Origin: an uncultured Myxococcales bacterium
GTDB lineage: Bacteria > Myxococcota > Kuafuiibacteriia > Kuafuiibacteriales > Kuafuiibacteriaceae
Assembly (NCBI GenBank): GCA_964477875.1
Contig: CAYZFR010000001.1
Coordinates: 1 to 62,111, forward strand
DNA: 62,111 bases
Direction of reading: 5' to 3'
Part shown: positions 35,859-45,213 of the stretch, piece after piece
How positions within the stretch are numbered: position 1 is the first letter of the stretch
Layout of the letters: each line of letters opens with the position of its first letter
Position numbers and translations under genes: made by a program
The notes under the pieces: model-generated
Database searches by the model: none
Told to the model about the DNA's origin: nothing
The model's input: the letters and a program-made list of their open reading frames with translations, nothing else

Positions 35859-36486
35859 GACTCGCCTCCCCATGGGCGCAGCTAGGGTCGATGTCGAGGG
35901 CCTTCCAAGCCATCTCGTCTCGGTTGCCGCCGTACCTCGGATCGCCCAGATGTCCCTCCAGGGTCAGGTTCAGCATGAGCTGAAAGAAGCGGTGACTGGG
36001 GTAGCGGAGGCCCTTGACGCTACCGGTTTGAAAGGCCGTCAAGACCTCGTCCTGGGCGCTCGGCGCCAGCTCCGCGAAGGGCTTCCCGCGCTCCTTCTGG
36101 GAGACGCGGTTCAAGAACACGAGCCCCTGCCGCACGAACTTGGCGACGGGCCGGAAGTGGCGCTTCTGCAGCTCACGGTCGATGAAGCGTAGCGCTCCGG
36201 ACTCCTTGGCGCTCGGAAAGCCCGGCGCACCAGGCAGAAGGCGGGCCACCATGGCGGTGCCTACCGCGACCTCCTGGGGCTGAAGAAAGCCATACTCGGG
36301 CTCGTCTTGCGAGGGCTCGCCGGTCTTGGCGCGCTCGGGAGCGGCCTCGCTTCGACGCGCCTCCTCTTCCTTCTTGCAGGCGGCGAGGATGACGGCGCTC
36401 GAGGTCACCCCGCTCATCTTCATCAGCCACACGATGGCCTCCCGTCGGATCACGTCCGCCAATCTACCCCGACATCGTCTCGACAT
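35851..36486 (-). CDS. gluconate 2-dehydrogenase subunit 3-like small subunit (Tat signal)
   Basis: RLADVIRREAIVWLMKMSGVTSSAVILAAC is a twin-arginine-like leader. The body (ALRFIDRELQ...LTLEGHLGDPRYGGN) resembles the subunit-3 family. It overlaps the GMC start by 8 nt. The start could instead be 36522. Confidence 0.75.
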   Translation of the reverse strand: MSRRCRGRLADVIRREAIVWLMKMSGVTSSAVILAACKKEEEARRSEAAPERAKTGEPSQDEPEYGFLQPQEVAVGTAMVARLLPGAPGFPSAKESGALRFIDRELQKRHFRPVAKFVRQGLVFLNRVSQKERGKPFAELAPSAQDEVLTAFQTGSVKGLRYPSHRFFQLMLNLTLEGHLGDPRYGGNRDEMAWKALDIDPSCAHGEASHG

Positions 36487-36556
36487 CGAGGGGTCAGGCC
36501 GGTTAGGCCCGCGCGCACACATCTCGGGACGCTGGCCTCCGAGCCTTGAATGGGCG

Positions 36557-37852
36557 ATGGCCTGTGGGGAGATGTGGACGGTTTTCCTCGCCGTGGCCCT
36601 GGTTGGCGCCGAGACGCCTCGTGGTTGTCGCCCCCAACCGATGGACCTCGCCGGCAGCCGCTACTGGAGCTGTGGTGAGGACGGAGTCCTGGTCGAGGAC
36701 CTCGCCGACGAGGACGGTGTGCTGCGCGTCTTCGCGCCGGCGCCACCGGGCTTTCGCGTCGACTCGCTGACCTCGCAGGGAGCTTCGGTGATCGTGCGCT
36801 TCACGCCCATCGAGCCGGCGGGCGAGACCGACAGGTCCACCGGGGCCGGACCGATCGAGAGGCGCATGCCCCGGGCTCTCTTTCGCCGCTCCCCGGACCC
36901 CACGCCCGACGTAGAGGTGGAGGTCGTCGACACCCGGCGGATCACGGTCGTGATCTCGGGCGGCGCGTCGGGCGGCCTGTACTACGGCGACGTGTTCGAA
37001 TTCCATGACGAGTCCGGAGAGCCAGTGGCAGCGGGGACCGTCGACAGGCTCTCGAAGAACTCGGCCGACGTCAGACTGTGGCTCAATCATCCGGTGGAGG
37101 TCGGCATGAGGGGCGTGCTCGTCGAGTGGCAGCCCAACCGCGCCCGGACCATCTCGCCGCCCAAGGTCGACGGCATGAGCTCGGCTTCTCTGGGAGCTTC
37201 GATGTTCATCCAGGGGGGCCGGCGCTCTGGCGTGAACGGAGCCCTCCTCCACGCTCGAGGTCGACATCACTTCGACGCGATCCCGCTCGCCCTCGTCCTC
37301 GACGTCGGCCCCGCCTTCATCACCCGGGATCCGCGAAGCGACTCCGTCCAACTCGGGAGCGGGGGCGACGCTTTGCTCGCCGGCTCGATCGATCTGGTCG
37401 CCGAGCTCGACCTGGACATCTTTGGTTTCGGCCTCGGTGGTGGTGGTGCGACCTTCAACCGCGACCTCCGCGGCGACGGCCGCCCGCGAAGCGCGGCCGA
37501 GATGGTCTTTCGGGCTCGGCTCGGTAACCGCGACGGCTTGATGGTGCAGCTGTCGCCCGTCATGACCTTCCCCGAGGGTGCAGAGGGGCCCCTCCTGGGC
37601 CGGATCGAGGGACGCTTTCAGATCCCCCTCGGCAACGGGTTCTTCCTGGGCGCCGAGGGCGCAGGCGGCAGGGTCGGTTACACCTATGGTGCGTGGAACC
37701 TGCGCTTTTTGGCGGCTGGCCGTGGGACGCCCGTGAGCTGGTTCGTAAGCGCCCGGGTCGGGGGGGCACAGGTGCGCTTCGAAGGGCAGGAATTCGCCAC
37801 CACGGACGTGGTCGGCGGACTCGTCGGCACGAGCCTGCAGGCCCGGTTTTAA
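36557..37852 (+). CDS. hypothetical secreted protein, C-terminal half outer-membrane beta-barrel-like
   Basis: In-frame Met giving MACGEMWTVFLAVALVGAE. The C-terminal part has alternating hydrophobic strands rich in Gly. The protein ends ...SLQARF, a terminal aromatic typical of OMPs. Confidence 0.6.
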   Translation: MACGEMWTVFLAVALVGAETPRGCRPQPMDLAGSRYWSCGEDGVLVEDLADEDGVLRVFAPAPPGFRVDSLTSQGASVIVRFTPIEPAGETDRSTGAGPIERRMPRALFRRSPDPTPDVEVEVVDTRRITVVISGGASGGLYYGDVFEFHDESGEPVAAGTVDRLSKNSADVRLWLNHPVEVGMRGVLVEWQPNRARTISPPKVDGMSSASLGASMFIQGGRRSGVNGALLHARGRHHFDAIPLALVLDVGPAFITRDPRSDSVQLGSGGDALLAGSIDLVAELDLDIFGFGLGGGGATFNRDLRGDGRPRSAAEMVFRARLGNRDGLMVQLSPVMTFPEGAEGPLLGRIEGRFQIPLGNGFFLGAEGAGGRVGYTYGAWNLRFLAAGRGTPVSWFVSARVGGAQVRFEGQEFATTDVVGGLVGTSLQARF

Positions 37853-37921
37853 CCGCGCTCACACTCGGGGTCCGGTTCGTTTTCCAAACCGATGTGCTAT
37901 CCCGTCAGCGGAGCCGAGCCC

Positions 37922-39727
37922 ATGCCTATTACGAAGTCCCTTCCGTTCCTGCCGCACCTCTTTGCCAGCATCTTCGTGCTGACCGCTGCCTGCGAGGTCA
38001 ACCAGGGGGGGGCTCCCGCTCCCGAATTTCAGCCGCCTCCTCCGCCGCCTTTGCTGCCCAGCCAACAGGTGGTGACCGCGGACGAGCCGCCGCCGGCGAT
38101 TTCGGGCGGCACGATGAGCATCGGGCCCGAAGATCGATGGCTGGTTGCTGCCGACCCCGACCGAGACCAGATCTACGTGGTCGCTCTCGGAAGCAGGATG
38201 GAGCTGGTGCATACGATCCAGCTGGCGCAGGACGAGGAGCCAGGTCGAGTCGCCTTCCTCGACGGACGGCGGGCGCAGGTCGTCTTGCGAAACGGCCGGC
38301 GGCTGCTCACCATCGATATGGCGGAAGGCTCCGTCATCGAAGACCGTCGTACCTGCCCCGAGCCCCGGGGCCTGACCCGAGACGGCGACCAGAGCATCGT
38401 CGCCTGCGCCTCGGGGGAGATTTGGTGGATGGCCGACGGAGAGGTGGCGCCGACCCGAACCGAGTTCGTCGAGCCGGACCTCCGTGACGTGGTCATGGGC
38501 CCCCGCGGACCTGTCGTCTCCACCTTCCGCCTCGCGAAGATCGTCGACCTCGAGGACGGGGCTCGCTTCATGAACTTGGACGCGGGCAGGAATTTTCCCG
38601 CCCGCATCGCATGGCGGATGCAAGCGATGCCGAACGGAGACGCTTTGGTGCTCCACCAGCGCGCGGCCGGACGCGGGATCGAGATCTCGGTTCAGCGCGG
38701 CGGCTACGGCGGCTCAGCCCGCGTTCGCCGCGAAGGCGGCATCGGCTGCAACAGCGGCATCGTCAGCACCGAGATCAGCCGGGTGTCGCCCGACGGCACG
38801 GTGAGGCCGCTCATCGGGCTCGCCCGCTCCGGTCTCGCCGTCGACATGGCCGTCAGCGACGACGGTACCCGGGTGGCAGCGGTCAGCCCCTCCGAGAGCA
38901 GCGTGGGAGCGGGTGGGGTCACCGATAGTCGAATCGACGAGAGCACCGGTCGTTTCGGGCCCCAATGCGTATCCAGCCGATTCGTCGGCGGCTCCATGAG
39001 CGCGGTGGCCTTCAGCCGAGCCCGACAGCTCTACGTCCAGTTCCGCGAGCCAGCGATGATCACCAACCTCGACACTGGGGATTCGGTGGAGCTCTCCCAG
39101 GAGTCGGTGGCCGACACCGGCCACCAGCTCTTTCACGCCGTGACCCAAGCCGGCGTGGCCTGCGCCTCCTGCCACCCCGAAGGTCGGGACGACGGCCACG
39201 TCTGGGAGTTCGAGGGCATCGGTCAACGACGAACCCAGAGCCTGACCGGTGGCATCATGGACACCGCCCCCTTCCACTGGAGCGGTGAGTTCGACTCCTT
39301 GAACGCGCTCATGAGCGACGTCTTCAGCAGCCGCATGGGCGGGGGAGAGGTGAGTCGGGCGCAGGTCGCTGCCCTGAGCGATTGGGTGGACAGCTTGCGG
39401 CCCATGGCGTCCGCCGAGCTCGGCGAGCCCCAGGCCATCGAAGCGGGCCGGGCCATCTTCCACTCGGCGGCCGTTGGCTGCGCCAACTGCCACGACGGGG
39501 CCCGAGCCACAGGTCCGGGGAGCTTCTTCGTCGGGACCGACGGCATCTTCCAGGTGCCGGCGCTGGAGGGCTTGGTCTACCGCGCGCCCTTCATGCACGA
39601 CGGATGCGCCAGCAGCCTGGAGGGTCGCTTCGATCCTGCCTGCGGCGGCGGCGACGTCCACGGTCAGACGTCCATCCTCACCGAAGACCAGCTGGATAAT
39701 CTGAGCGCCTACCTGCGCAGCCTCTGA
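37922..39727 (+). CDS. lipoprotein: beta-propeller-like domain fused to a di-haem cytochrome c peroxidase-like domain (paralog of 31931-34189)
   Basis: MPITKSLPFLPHLFASIFVLTAACE is a lipobox. CASCHPEGRDDGHVWEF and CANCHDG are two CxxCH motifs. FQVPALEGLVYRAPFMHDGCASSLEGRF matches the CCP C-terminal block. Confidence 0.8.
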   Translation: MPITKSLPFLPHLFASIFVLTAACEVNQGGAPAPEFQPPPPPPLLPSQQVVTADEPPPAISGGTMSIGPEDRWLVAADPDRDQIYVVALGSRMELVHTIQLAQDEEPGRVAFLDGRRAQVVLRNGRRLLTIDMAEGSVIEDRRTCPEPRGLTRDGDQSIVACASGEIWWMADGEVAPTRTEFVEPDLRDVVMGPRGPVVSTFRLAKIVDLEDGARFMNLDAGRNFPARIAWRMQAMPNGDALVLHQRAAGRGIEISVQRGGYGGSARVRREGGIGCNSGIVSTEISRVSPDGTVRPLIGLARSGLAVDMAVSDDGTRVAAVSPSESSVGAGGVTDSRIDESTGRFGPQCVSSRFVGGSMSAVAFSRARQLYVQFREPAMITNLDTGDSVELSQESVADTGHQLFHAVTQAGVACASCHPEGRDDGHVWEFEGIGQRRTQSLTGGIMDTAPFHWSGEFDSLNALMSDVFSSRMGGGEVSRAQVAALSDWVDSLRPMASAELGEPQAIEAGRAIFHSAAVGCANCHDGARATGPGSFFVGTDGIFQVPALEGLVYRAPFMHDGCASSLEGRFDPACGGGDVHGQTSILTEDQLDNLSAYLRSL

Positions 39728-39837
39728 CCAGCTTCGAACATCGCCTCGTGCTCCCCCTGAGCCGAGGCGCCCTCGGCCTCCCCGATGGGGGTGGTCCTGC
39801 TGCCGCGCTCGTGCTCTGCAGGACGGAGGGCTCGACG

Positions 39838-41283
39838 ATGACGGAGATCGGCGAATACGAGGACTGGGACGCCACCGAATGTGCGGAGCGTCTGCGGCGA
39901 GGCGACGTGTCCGAGGCCGAGCTCCTGGTCTCTGCTCGGGCCCAGATAGAGGCCCTCGACCCCGAGCTCAACGCCGTGATCCATCGCTTCGAGCTTCCGC
40001 GCCGGGGTTCGAAGGATGCGCCGTTCGCCGGCGTGCCCTTTTTGTTCAAGGACGACATCGACATCGAAGGGACGCCGGTCACGCTTGGCTCCAGGCTCCT
40101 CGCCGGCTTCACGTGTGAGCGCAGCCACCCATTCGTGGAGGCGGCCCGAGATCTGGGACTGGTCACCCTGGGCCGCACCAACATGCCCGAGCTGGGCCTC
40201 GTTCCCACCACCGAGCCCAAGGCCCATGGCCCGACGCGCAATCCGTGGAGCCTGGAGCACTCTTCCGGAGGTTCGAGCGGGGGCGCGAGCGCCGCCCTCG
40301 CGTCGGGTATGGTTCCGCTCGCCCACGGTAGCGACGGTGGGGGCTCGATCCGTGTCCCGGCGTCGGCCTGCGGCCTGGTGGGCCTCAAGCCGAGTCGCGG
40401 TCGCATGCCGGCCGCGGTCAACGACCCTCCGCCGGCGTTCGTCACCCACGGCTGCCTTTCCCGCACCGTGCGCGACAGCCGGAGCTTCCTCGTCGAAATG
40501 CGGGCCAGCACCGGGCGCGCAATAGGGAGCGCCGTTCCGCCTCTGCCCGTGAGCCCCGAGCGGCCGCTCCGGATCGCCGTCTCCTACGACGGTCTGCTCG
40601 GCCACGCGCCCCATCCCAACGTCCGCCGGGCCATCGACGACGCCGGGCGGCTCCTGGAGCAGATGGGCCACGCGATCGAGGTCGCAACGCCTCCCGTCGA
40701 CACCCGAGGCTTTGCCGAGGCCTACCGGGTACTGTGGGCGACGGCGGCGGGGGTGTTCTTGGACGTCGCGCAGCGGGCCATCATGGACAAGGCGCCCGCC
40801 TGGAGCCACAGAGTCCTTGGACGCTCCGAGGTGTTTCGGGTCGGAGTCCAGCTCTCGCAGCGGGTCGAGCCCTTCACCCTTCGCCTCGCCAAGCAGAACG
40901 CGATGCTTCAGCCCAGCTCTCTGTGGCTCGCCGAGGAGGCCTTCGCCTTCGCGGGCCACGTCCTGGAGCGCTGGTTCAGCCATTTCGACGTGTGGCTGAC
41001 GCCGACCTTGATGCGACCTCCCTGGCGGCTGGGCGAGCTCGACCTCGCCCGCAAGACCGATGACGAGATCGAGGACGTCCTCATGGGCTACGTGGGCTGG
41101 TTGCCCTTGGCCAACGCGGCCGGCGTGCCCGGGCTGTCGCTCCCCTCGACTCCGAGCGACGAGGGGCTGCCGATCGGGGTTCAGCTGGTGGCGGGATGGG
41201 GCCACGAGCTGACCCTCCTCGACTTGGCGGAGGCCTACGAAGAAGCCCGCCCTTGGCCGAAGCGCGCGCCTGCTCGCTCTTGA
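39838..41283 (+). CDS. amidase-signature family amidase
   Basis: GGAGGG lies upstream of the ATG. GGSSGGASAALASGMVPLAHGSDGGGSIRVPASACGLVGLKPSRGR is the amidase signature with the Ser-cisSer-Lys context. Confidence 0.9.
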   Translation: MTEIGEYEDWDATECAERLRRGDVSEAELLVSARAQIEALDPELNAVIHRFELPRRGSKDAPFAGVPFLFKDDIDIEGTPVTLGSRLLAGFTCERSHPFVEAARDLGLVTLGRTNMPELGLVPTTEPKAHGPTRNPWSLEHSSGGSSGGASAALASGMVPLAHGSDGGGSIRVPASACGLVGLKPSRGRMPAAVNDPPPAFVTHGCLSRTVRDSRSFLVEMRASTGRAIGSAVPPLPVSPERPLRIAVSYDGLLGHAPHPNVRRAIDDAGRLLEQMGHAIEVATPPVDTRGFAEAYRVLWATAAGVFLDVAQRAIMDKAPAWSHRVLGRSEVFRVGVQLSQRVEPFTLRLAKQNAMLQPSSLWLAEEAFAFAGHVLERWFSHFDVWLTPTLMRPPWRLGELDLARKTDDEIEDVLMGYVGWLPLANAAGVPGLSLPSTPSDEGLPIGVQLVAGWGHELTLLDLAEAYEEARPWPKRAPARS

Positions 41284-41362
41284 GCGTGTTGGATTGAGCG
41301 CGCCTGCGCCATGACGAATCGTTGGATTTGTCCGGGCCCCGGTCCATACTCCGGCCGGGCCC

Positions 41363-42820
41363 GTGTCGAAGGAGATCCGCACATCTCTGGCTGAAGGCGA
41401 CCAGCTGGGTCGCTACCGCATCGTGCGTCAGATCGGCGCCGGCGGGATGAGCACGGTCTTCGAGGCCGAGCACGTCGACCTCGGAAAGCCGGTGGCGCTC
41501 AAGGCCCTCCTGCCCCAGCTCGAGGGGAGCGATGAAGTCCGAGCCCGAATGCTCCGAGAGGGCAAGGCCGCGTCCTCCATCCGCCACCCCCACGTCGTCG
41601 ACATCTCCGACGTGGGCGAGTTCGAAGGCATCACCTATTTGGTGATGGAGCTTCTGGAGGGGGAAGATCTGAGCGGACGGCTCCGGCGTCGCGGGGCCTT
41701 GGGTGTGGCCGAAACCGCCGACATCTTGGTGCCGGTCATGGCGGGCCTCGCCGCCGCCCACGGCGTGGGCGTGCTTCACAGGGATCTCAAACCGGGCAAC
41801 ATCTTCATCACCCGCGGGCCTTACGGCGAGGAGGTTCCCAAGCTCGTCGACTTCGGGATCGCCAAGGACCTCAGCCTCTCCGAGGCCAAGCCCCTCACCG
41901 AGACCGGCCGGGTGATCGGGACCCCGTACTACATGTCGCCGGAGCAGGTGACGGCGAGCCCCAAGCTGGACGGCCGCAGCGACGTCTACTCCATGGGCGT
42001 CATTCTCTACCACTGCCTGTGCGGGGTCGCGCCTTTTCGGGGAGAGTCGCTGTACACCGTGATGACCGAGGTCGTGCAGGGCAGCTTTCAAACCATCGAC
42101 AGCGTGCGGCCCGACCTTCCGGCCGACCTCTGTCGAATCGTCATGACCGCCATGGCGACGGATCGGGACCGTCGCTGGCCCACCGTTTCTCGGCTCGGAC
42201 AGGAGCTCGCCGCCTTCGCCTCGCCCCAGGTGCGGGACCGCTGGGGGCCGATCTTCTCGGGGGTCTCGCAGACGCCGAAGCTGGCCGTCGCAGAGTCGCC
42301 GGCGCCGCTGGAAGCGGCGCTCCATACCGGACAAGTCAGCGCGGCCTTCGATGCGCGTACGCCGGATCTGCCGTCTCGCTCCCGCTCTTCGGGCTGGCTG
42401 GTCCTGGCTCTGCTTCTGGTCGTATTGGCGGCTGGAGGGTGGTGGTGGACGTCCCGGGGCCCCGGCGTGGAGTCGGCGCCCATCGAAGCGGGCGAAGTGA
42501 GGCGCCTGCCGCTGCGCGGGGTGTCACCCCTCGACGCCGAAGATCCGGGAGCCATGGTCCCGCCCCCCGATTCGGCCGAAGAGCCAAAGGCCGAGGCTTT
42601 GGGCCCCGAACCGAAGGACCGCGAAGTAGAGCGCCCGGTCCGTCGGCGTCCCCCCCTTCGGCGCCGGGCGCCCGAGCCCAAACCAGAGCCGAAGCCGGAG
42701 CGCGAGGCCAAAGAAGCCATCACGGGCACCGAGAAGCCGAGCCCGAAACCGAGGGCTCCGGAAGCCAGCCCCAAGAAGGACGTCGAGCTCGGAACCAACG
42801 ATGCTCCGATCCTGAACTAG
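41363..42820 (+). CDS. Ser/Thr protein kinase with one TM segment and a Pro/Lys/Glu-rich tail
   Basis: GTG start. GAGGMSTVFEA...ALKAL...HRDLKPGNIF...DFGIAK...YYMSPEQ are the kinase motifs. The TM segment is GWLVLALLLVVLAAGGWWW. Confidence 0.92.
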   Translation: MSKEIRTSLAEGDQLGRYRIVRQIGAGGMSTVFEAEHVDLGKPVALKALLPQLEGSDEVRARMLREGKAASSIRHPHVVDISDVGEFEGITYLVMELLEGEDLSGRLRRRGALGVAETADILVPVMAGLAAAHGVGVLHRDLKPGNIFITRGPYGEEVPKLVDFGIAKDLSLSEAKPLTETGRVIGTPYYMSPEQVTASPKLDGRSDVYSMGVILYHCLCGVAPFRGESLYTVMTEVVQGSFQTIDSVRPDLPADLCRIVMTAMATDRDRRWPTVSRLGQELAAFASPQVRDRWGPIFSGVSQTPKLAVAESPAPLEAALHTGQVSAAFDARTPDLPSRSRSSGWLVLALLLVVLAAGGWWWTSRGPGVESAPIEAGEVRRLPLRGVSPLDAEDPGAMVPPPDSAEEPKAEALGPEPKDREVERPVRRRPPLRRRAPEPKPEPKPEREAKEAITGTEKPSPKPRAPEASPKKDVELGTNDAPILN

Positions 42821-42826
42821 TTCGCC

Positions 42827-44107
42827 ATGAGACATCTTTGCTTCATCAGCGTTCTCGCCCTCCTCCTGGTGGGTGGCGGCGTCGCCCAAGCCGACGAGGG
42901 TCTCATCGATCGAGGCATCGAGCTGCGCCGGCAGGGAAACGACGCCGAAGCCCTAGAGGTCTTCGAGAAGGCCTATGACCGAACAGGAACGTCTCGAGCC
43001 CTCGCCCAGGTCGCGCTGGCCCACCAGGCCCTCGGCCACTGGGTCGAAGCGGAGGAGCACCTGGCTCAGGCCCTCGAGATGGGCGGTCCATGGATCGAAA
43101 AGAACGAAGGACCGCTCCGGGGCGCGCTGCGCAAGGTGAGAGAGAGGCTCGGCACGCTCGAGGTCCGCGGCAGACCCGAGGACGCCCTCGTCTCCGTCAA
43201 CGGTCGGTCGGTCGGCCGGCTGCCCCTCGAAGCGCCGATCCGGGTGGTGGCCGGCGACGTGGTCGTTCAGGTGAGCCGGGAGGGCTACGTCCCCATCACG
43301 CGACGGGTTCCCGTGGACGCCGGCAAGCGTGTTCGGGAGACCATTCAGCTGGTACCCCGGCAGGAGGGGCTGGCTGGTTCGACGCCGGCGGGAGGAGAGG
43401 GCGCAGCGACTCGCTCCGAGGGCAGCGTCTATTTCGGGACGCCAGGAAGAGCGAGTCTGATCCTGGAGGCGGGCTACTCCAGCCTCCCCGGCATCACGCG
43501 ACTGGAGCCGGTCAGCGAGTGGTTCGCCCTTGGTCTGAAGGTGGGGATCGATGCGGGCTTGTTCGGCTCCGCGGGCGAGGACATCCCGGGGACGCTGACC
43601 TTCTACGGCGCCCTGCCTCTGGTGCTGGAGATGGTCGACGATCCCGAGTGGGTGGCCCGGCTGTCGCTGATGCCCGGAGTCGGACTGACCGTGATCGACT
43701 ACTCGAGCCGGATCCCGGGTGGGCAGCTGGCGGTCGACAATGGCGTCGACCTCGTCGGGGAGTACTTCTCCCTGCTGGTTCACGCATCCTTGGACGTGGG
43801 TCATCGGCTCAATCGGTGGTTCACTTTTGGGGGCAGCCTCGACGTGCCCACGACCTTCTTCTTCGGCGGGGGCACCGACCTGAACGGCGTCGCCTTCGCA
43901 AATGTCCAACCCGAGGAATTCTCGGTGGTGCCCGTGCTGCTCGGCCCCACCGCCGAGTTCCGTCTCTCCGATCAGGCTCGGGTCGGCCTCGCGCTTCGGA
44001 TGGGGCCCCACTTCACCACCGGGGACCTGGCGCAAAACGTCGACAACGAAGACGTGCGGACCGATTTTGGCTTCGCGGCCCGGCTCGGCTTCGCCTTCGC
44101 GCTCTGA
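42827..44107 (+). CDS. secreted TPR plus PEGA domain protein with beta-barrel-like C-terminal half
   Basis: The signal peptide is MRHLCFISVLALLLVGGGVAQA. TPR-like helices follow. LEVRGRPEDALVSVNGRSVGRLP...VVVQVSREGYVPITRRV is a PEGA domain. The C-terminus is strand-like and ends GFAFAL. Confidence 0.8.
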   Translation: MRHLCFISVLALLLVGGGVAQADEGLIDRGIELRRQGNDAEALEVFEKAYDRTGTSRALAQVALAHQALGHWVEAEEHLAQALEMGGPWIEKNEGPLRGALRKVRERLGTLEVRGRPEDALVSVNGRSVGRLPLEAPIRVVAGDVVVQVSREGYVPITRRVPVDAGKRVRETIQLVPRQEGLAGSTPAGGEGAATRSEGSVYFGTPGRASLILEAGYSSLPGITRLEPVSEWFALGLKVGIDAGLFGSAGEDIPGTLTFYGALPLVLEMVDDPEWVARLSLMPGVGLTVIDYSSRIPGGQLAVDNGVDLVGEYFSLLVHASLDVGHRLNRWFTFGGSLDVPTTFFFGGGTDLNGVAFANVQPEEFSVVPVLLGPTAEFRLSDQARVGLALRMGPHFTTGDLAQNVDNEDVRTDFGFAARLGFAFAL

Positions 44108-44117
44108 GGGGCGGCCT

Positions 44118-45023
44118 TTACCGAGGGAGGAGGGCGCGGAGGAGGGGATGGTCGACGCTGCGGTCCGTCGTGACGGCGAAGAAGTTCTGTTCGATGCCGT
44201 CGAGGGGACCGACCGTCCGAACTCCGTAGGTGGACTCCAGCTCCGTCCTCGCGATCTCGGGGGCGACGAAGAAGCCTTCCCCAGCACGCCCGAACTGCTT
44301 CAGCAGGGCGCTGTCTTCGAATTCGGCCACGCAGCGAATGTGGATCCCACGGTCCAGCAGCCAGCCGTCCACGGCCTGGCGCAGGAGGCTCCCTCGCGCC
44401 GGAAGCAGGAAGGGGGCCTCGTCCAAGTTCCGCGGGAAGTTGGTTCCGGCGCCCTTGGCGAGGCCAGGCGCGGCCATGAGCACGCATGGGCTCCCAAGGA
44501 GCGCGTGGTTGTGGGTCGGGAGGCCATGGCTTCCCTGCAGGGGATGATCGCTCAACAGAAGGTCGTAGTCGTGGCGGGCCAGTCCTTCGAGGAGCCGGAG
44601 CGGATCGGCCTCGGCGCAGCTCAGTCGCGCGTCGGGCGACGTCTTCAGGGTGGGGCTCAGGATCCTGTAGACGATGACTTTGGGAAGCGCGTCCAGGATC
44701 CCCACACGCAGCGGTCGGGCGGTGCTCTCGGTTCGATCTCGAACGACCCGCATCATCTCCGCGCTGGTGGCGAAGATCTCCTCCGAGTAGCGGAAGATGA
44801 TCTTCCCAAAGTCGGTGAGTACGAGCCTCCGGCCAGACCGGCAGAAGAGCTCTCCCCCCAGAGCTTTCTCCAGCGCTCGGAGCTGGGCGCTGATGGTGGA
44901 CGGAGACACCGACAGCTCTTCGGCGGTTCGGGCGATGCTCCTGGATCGAGCCACCTCCCAGAAATACAGAAGATGGTTGAAGTTTGGGCGACCTGAGGCC
45001 TGGGGCAGCCTTCCTTGTTCCAT
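44118..45023 (-). CDS. LysR-family transcriptional regulator, NhaR-like
   Basis: NFNHLLYFWEVARSRSIARTAEELSVSPSTISAQLRALEKALGGELF resembles the NhaR N-terminus. The start at MEQGRLPQ (ATG 45023) is inferred. Confidence 0.85.
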   Translation of the reverse strand: MEQGRLPQASGRPNFNHLLYFWEVARSRSIARTAEELSVSPSTISAQLRALEKALGGELFCRSGRRLVLTDFGKIIFRYSEEIFATSAEMMRVVRDRTESTARPLRVGILDALPKVIVYRILSPTLKTSPDARLSCAEADPLRLLEGLARHDYDLLLSDHPLQGSHGLPTHNHALLGSPCVLMAAPGLAKGAGTNFPRNLDEAPFLLPARGSLLRQAVDGWLLDRGIHIRCVAEFEDSALLKQFGRAGEGFFVAPEIARTELESTYGVRTVGPLDGIEQNFFAVTTDRSVDHPLLRALLPR

Positions 45024-45213
45024 GTAGAAAACCGAAATGGGGATGAACCTTGGCGAGCGCCTTTGACGAATCTGCGACCGTGCCGCGTCGCCCGGGAAAA
45101 CTCGTTCGGCCTCCACACGAAAGCCTCTCCTCGATTCGATGCACCTCTGTCATCCAGCGCCCCGTCGTCGCTGGCGCCGTTTGGACGCGGCGCGTGACGA
45201 AAGGAGAGTCATT

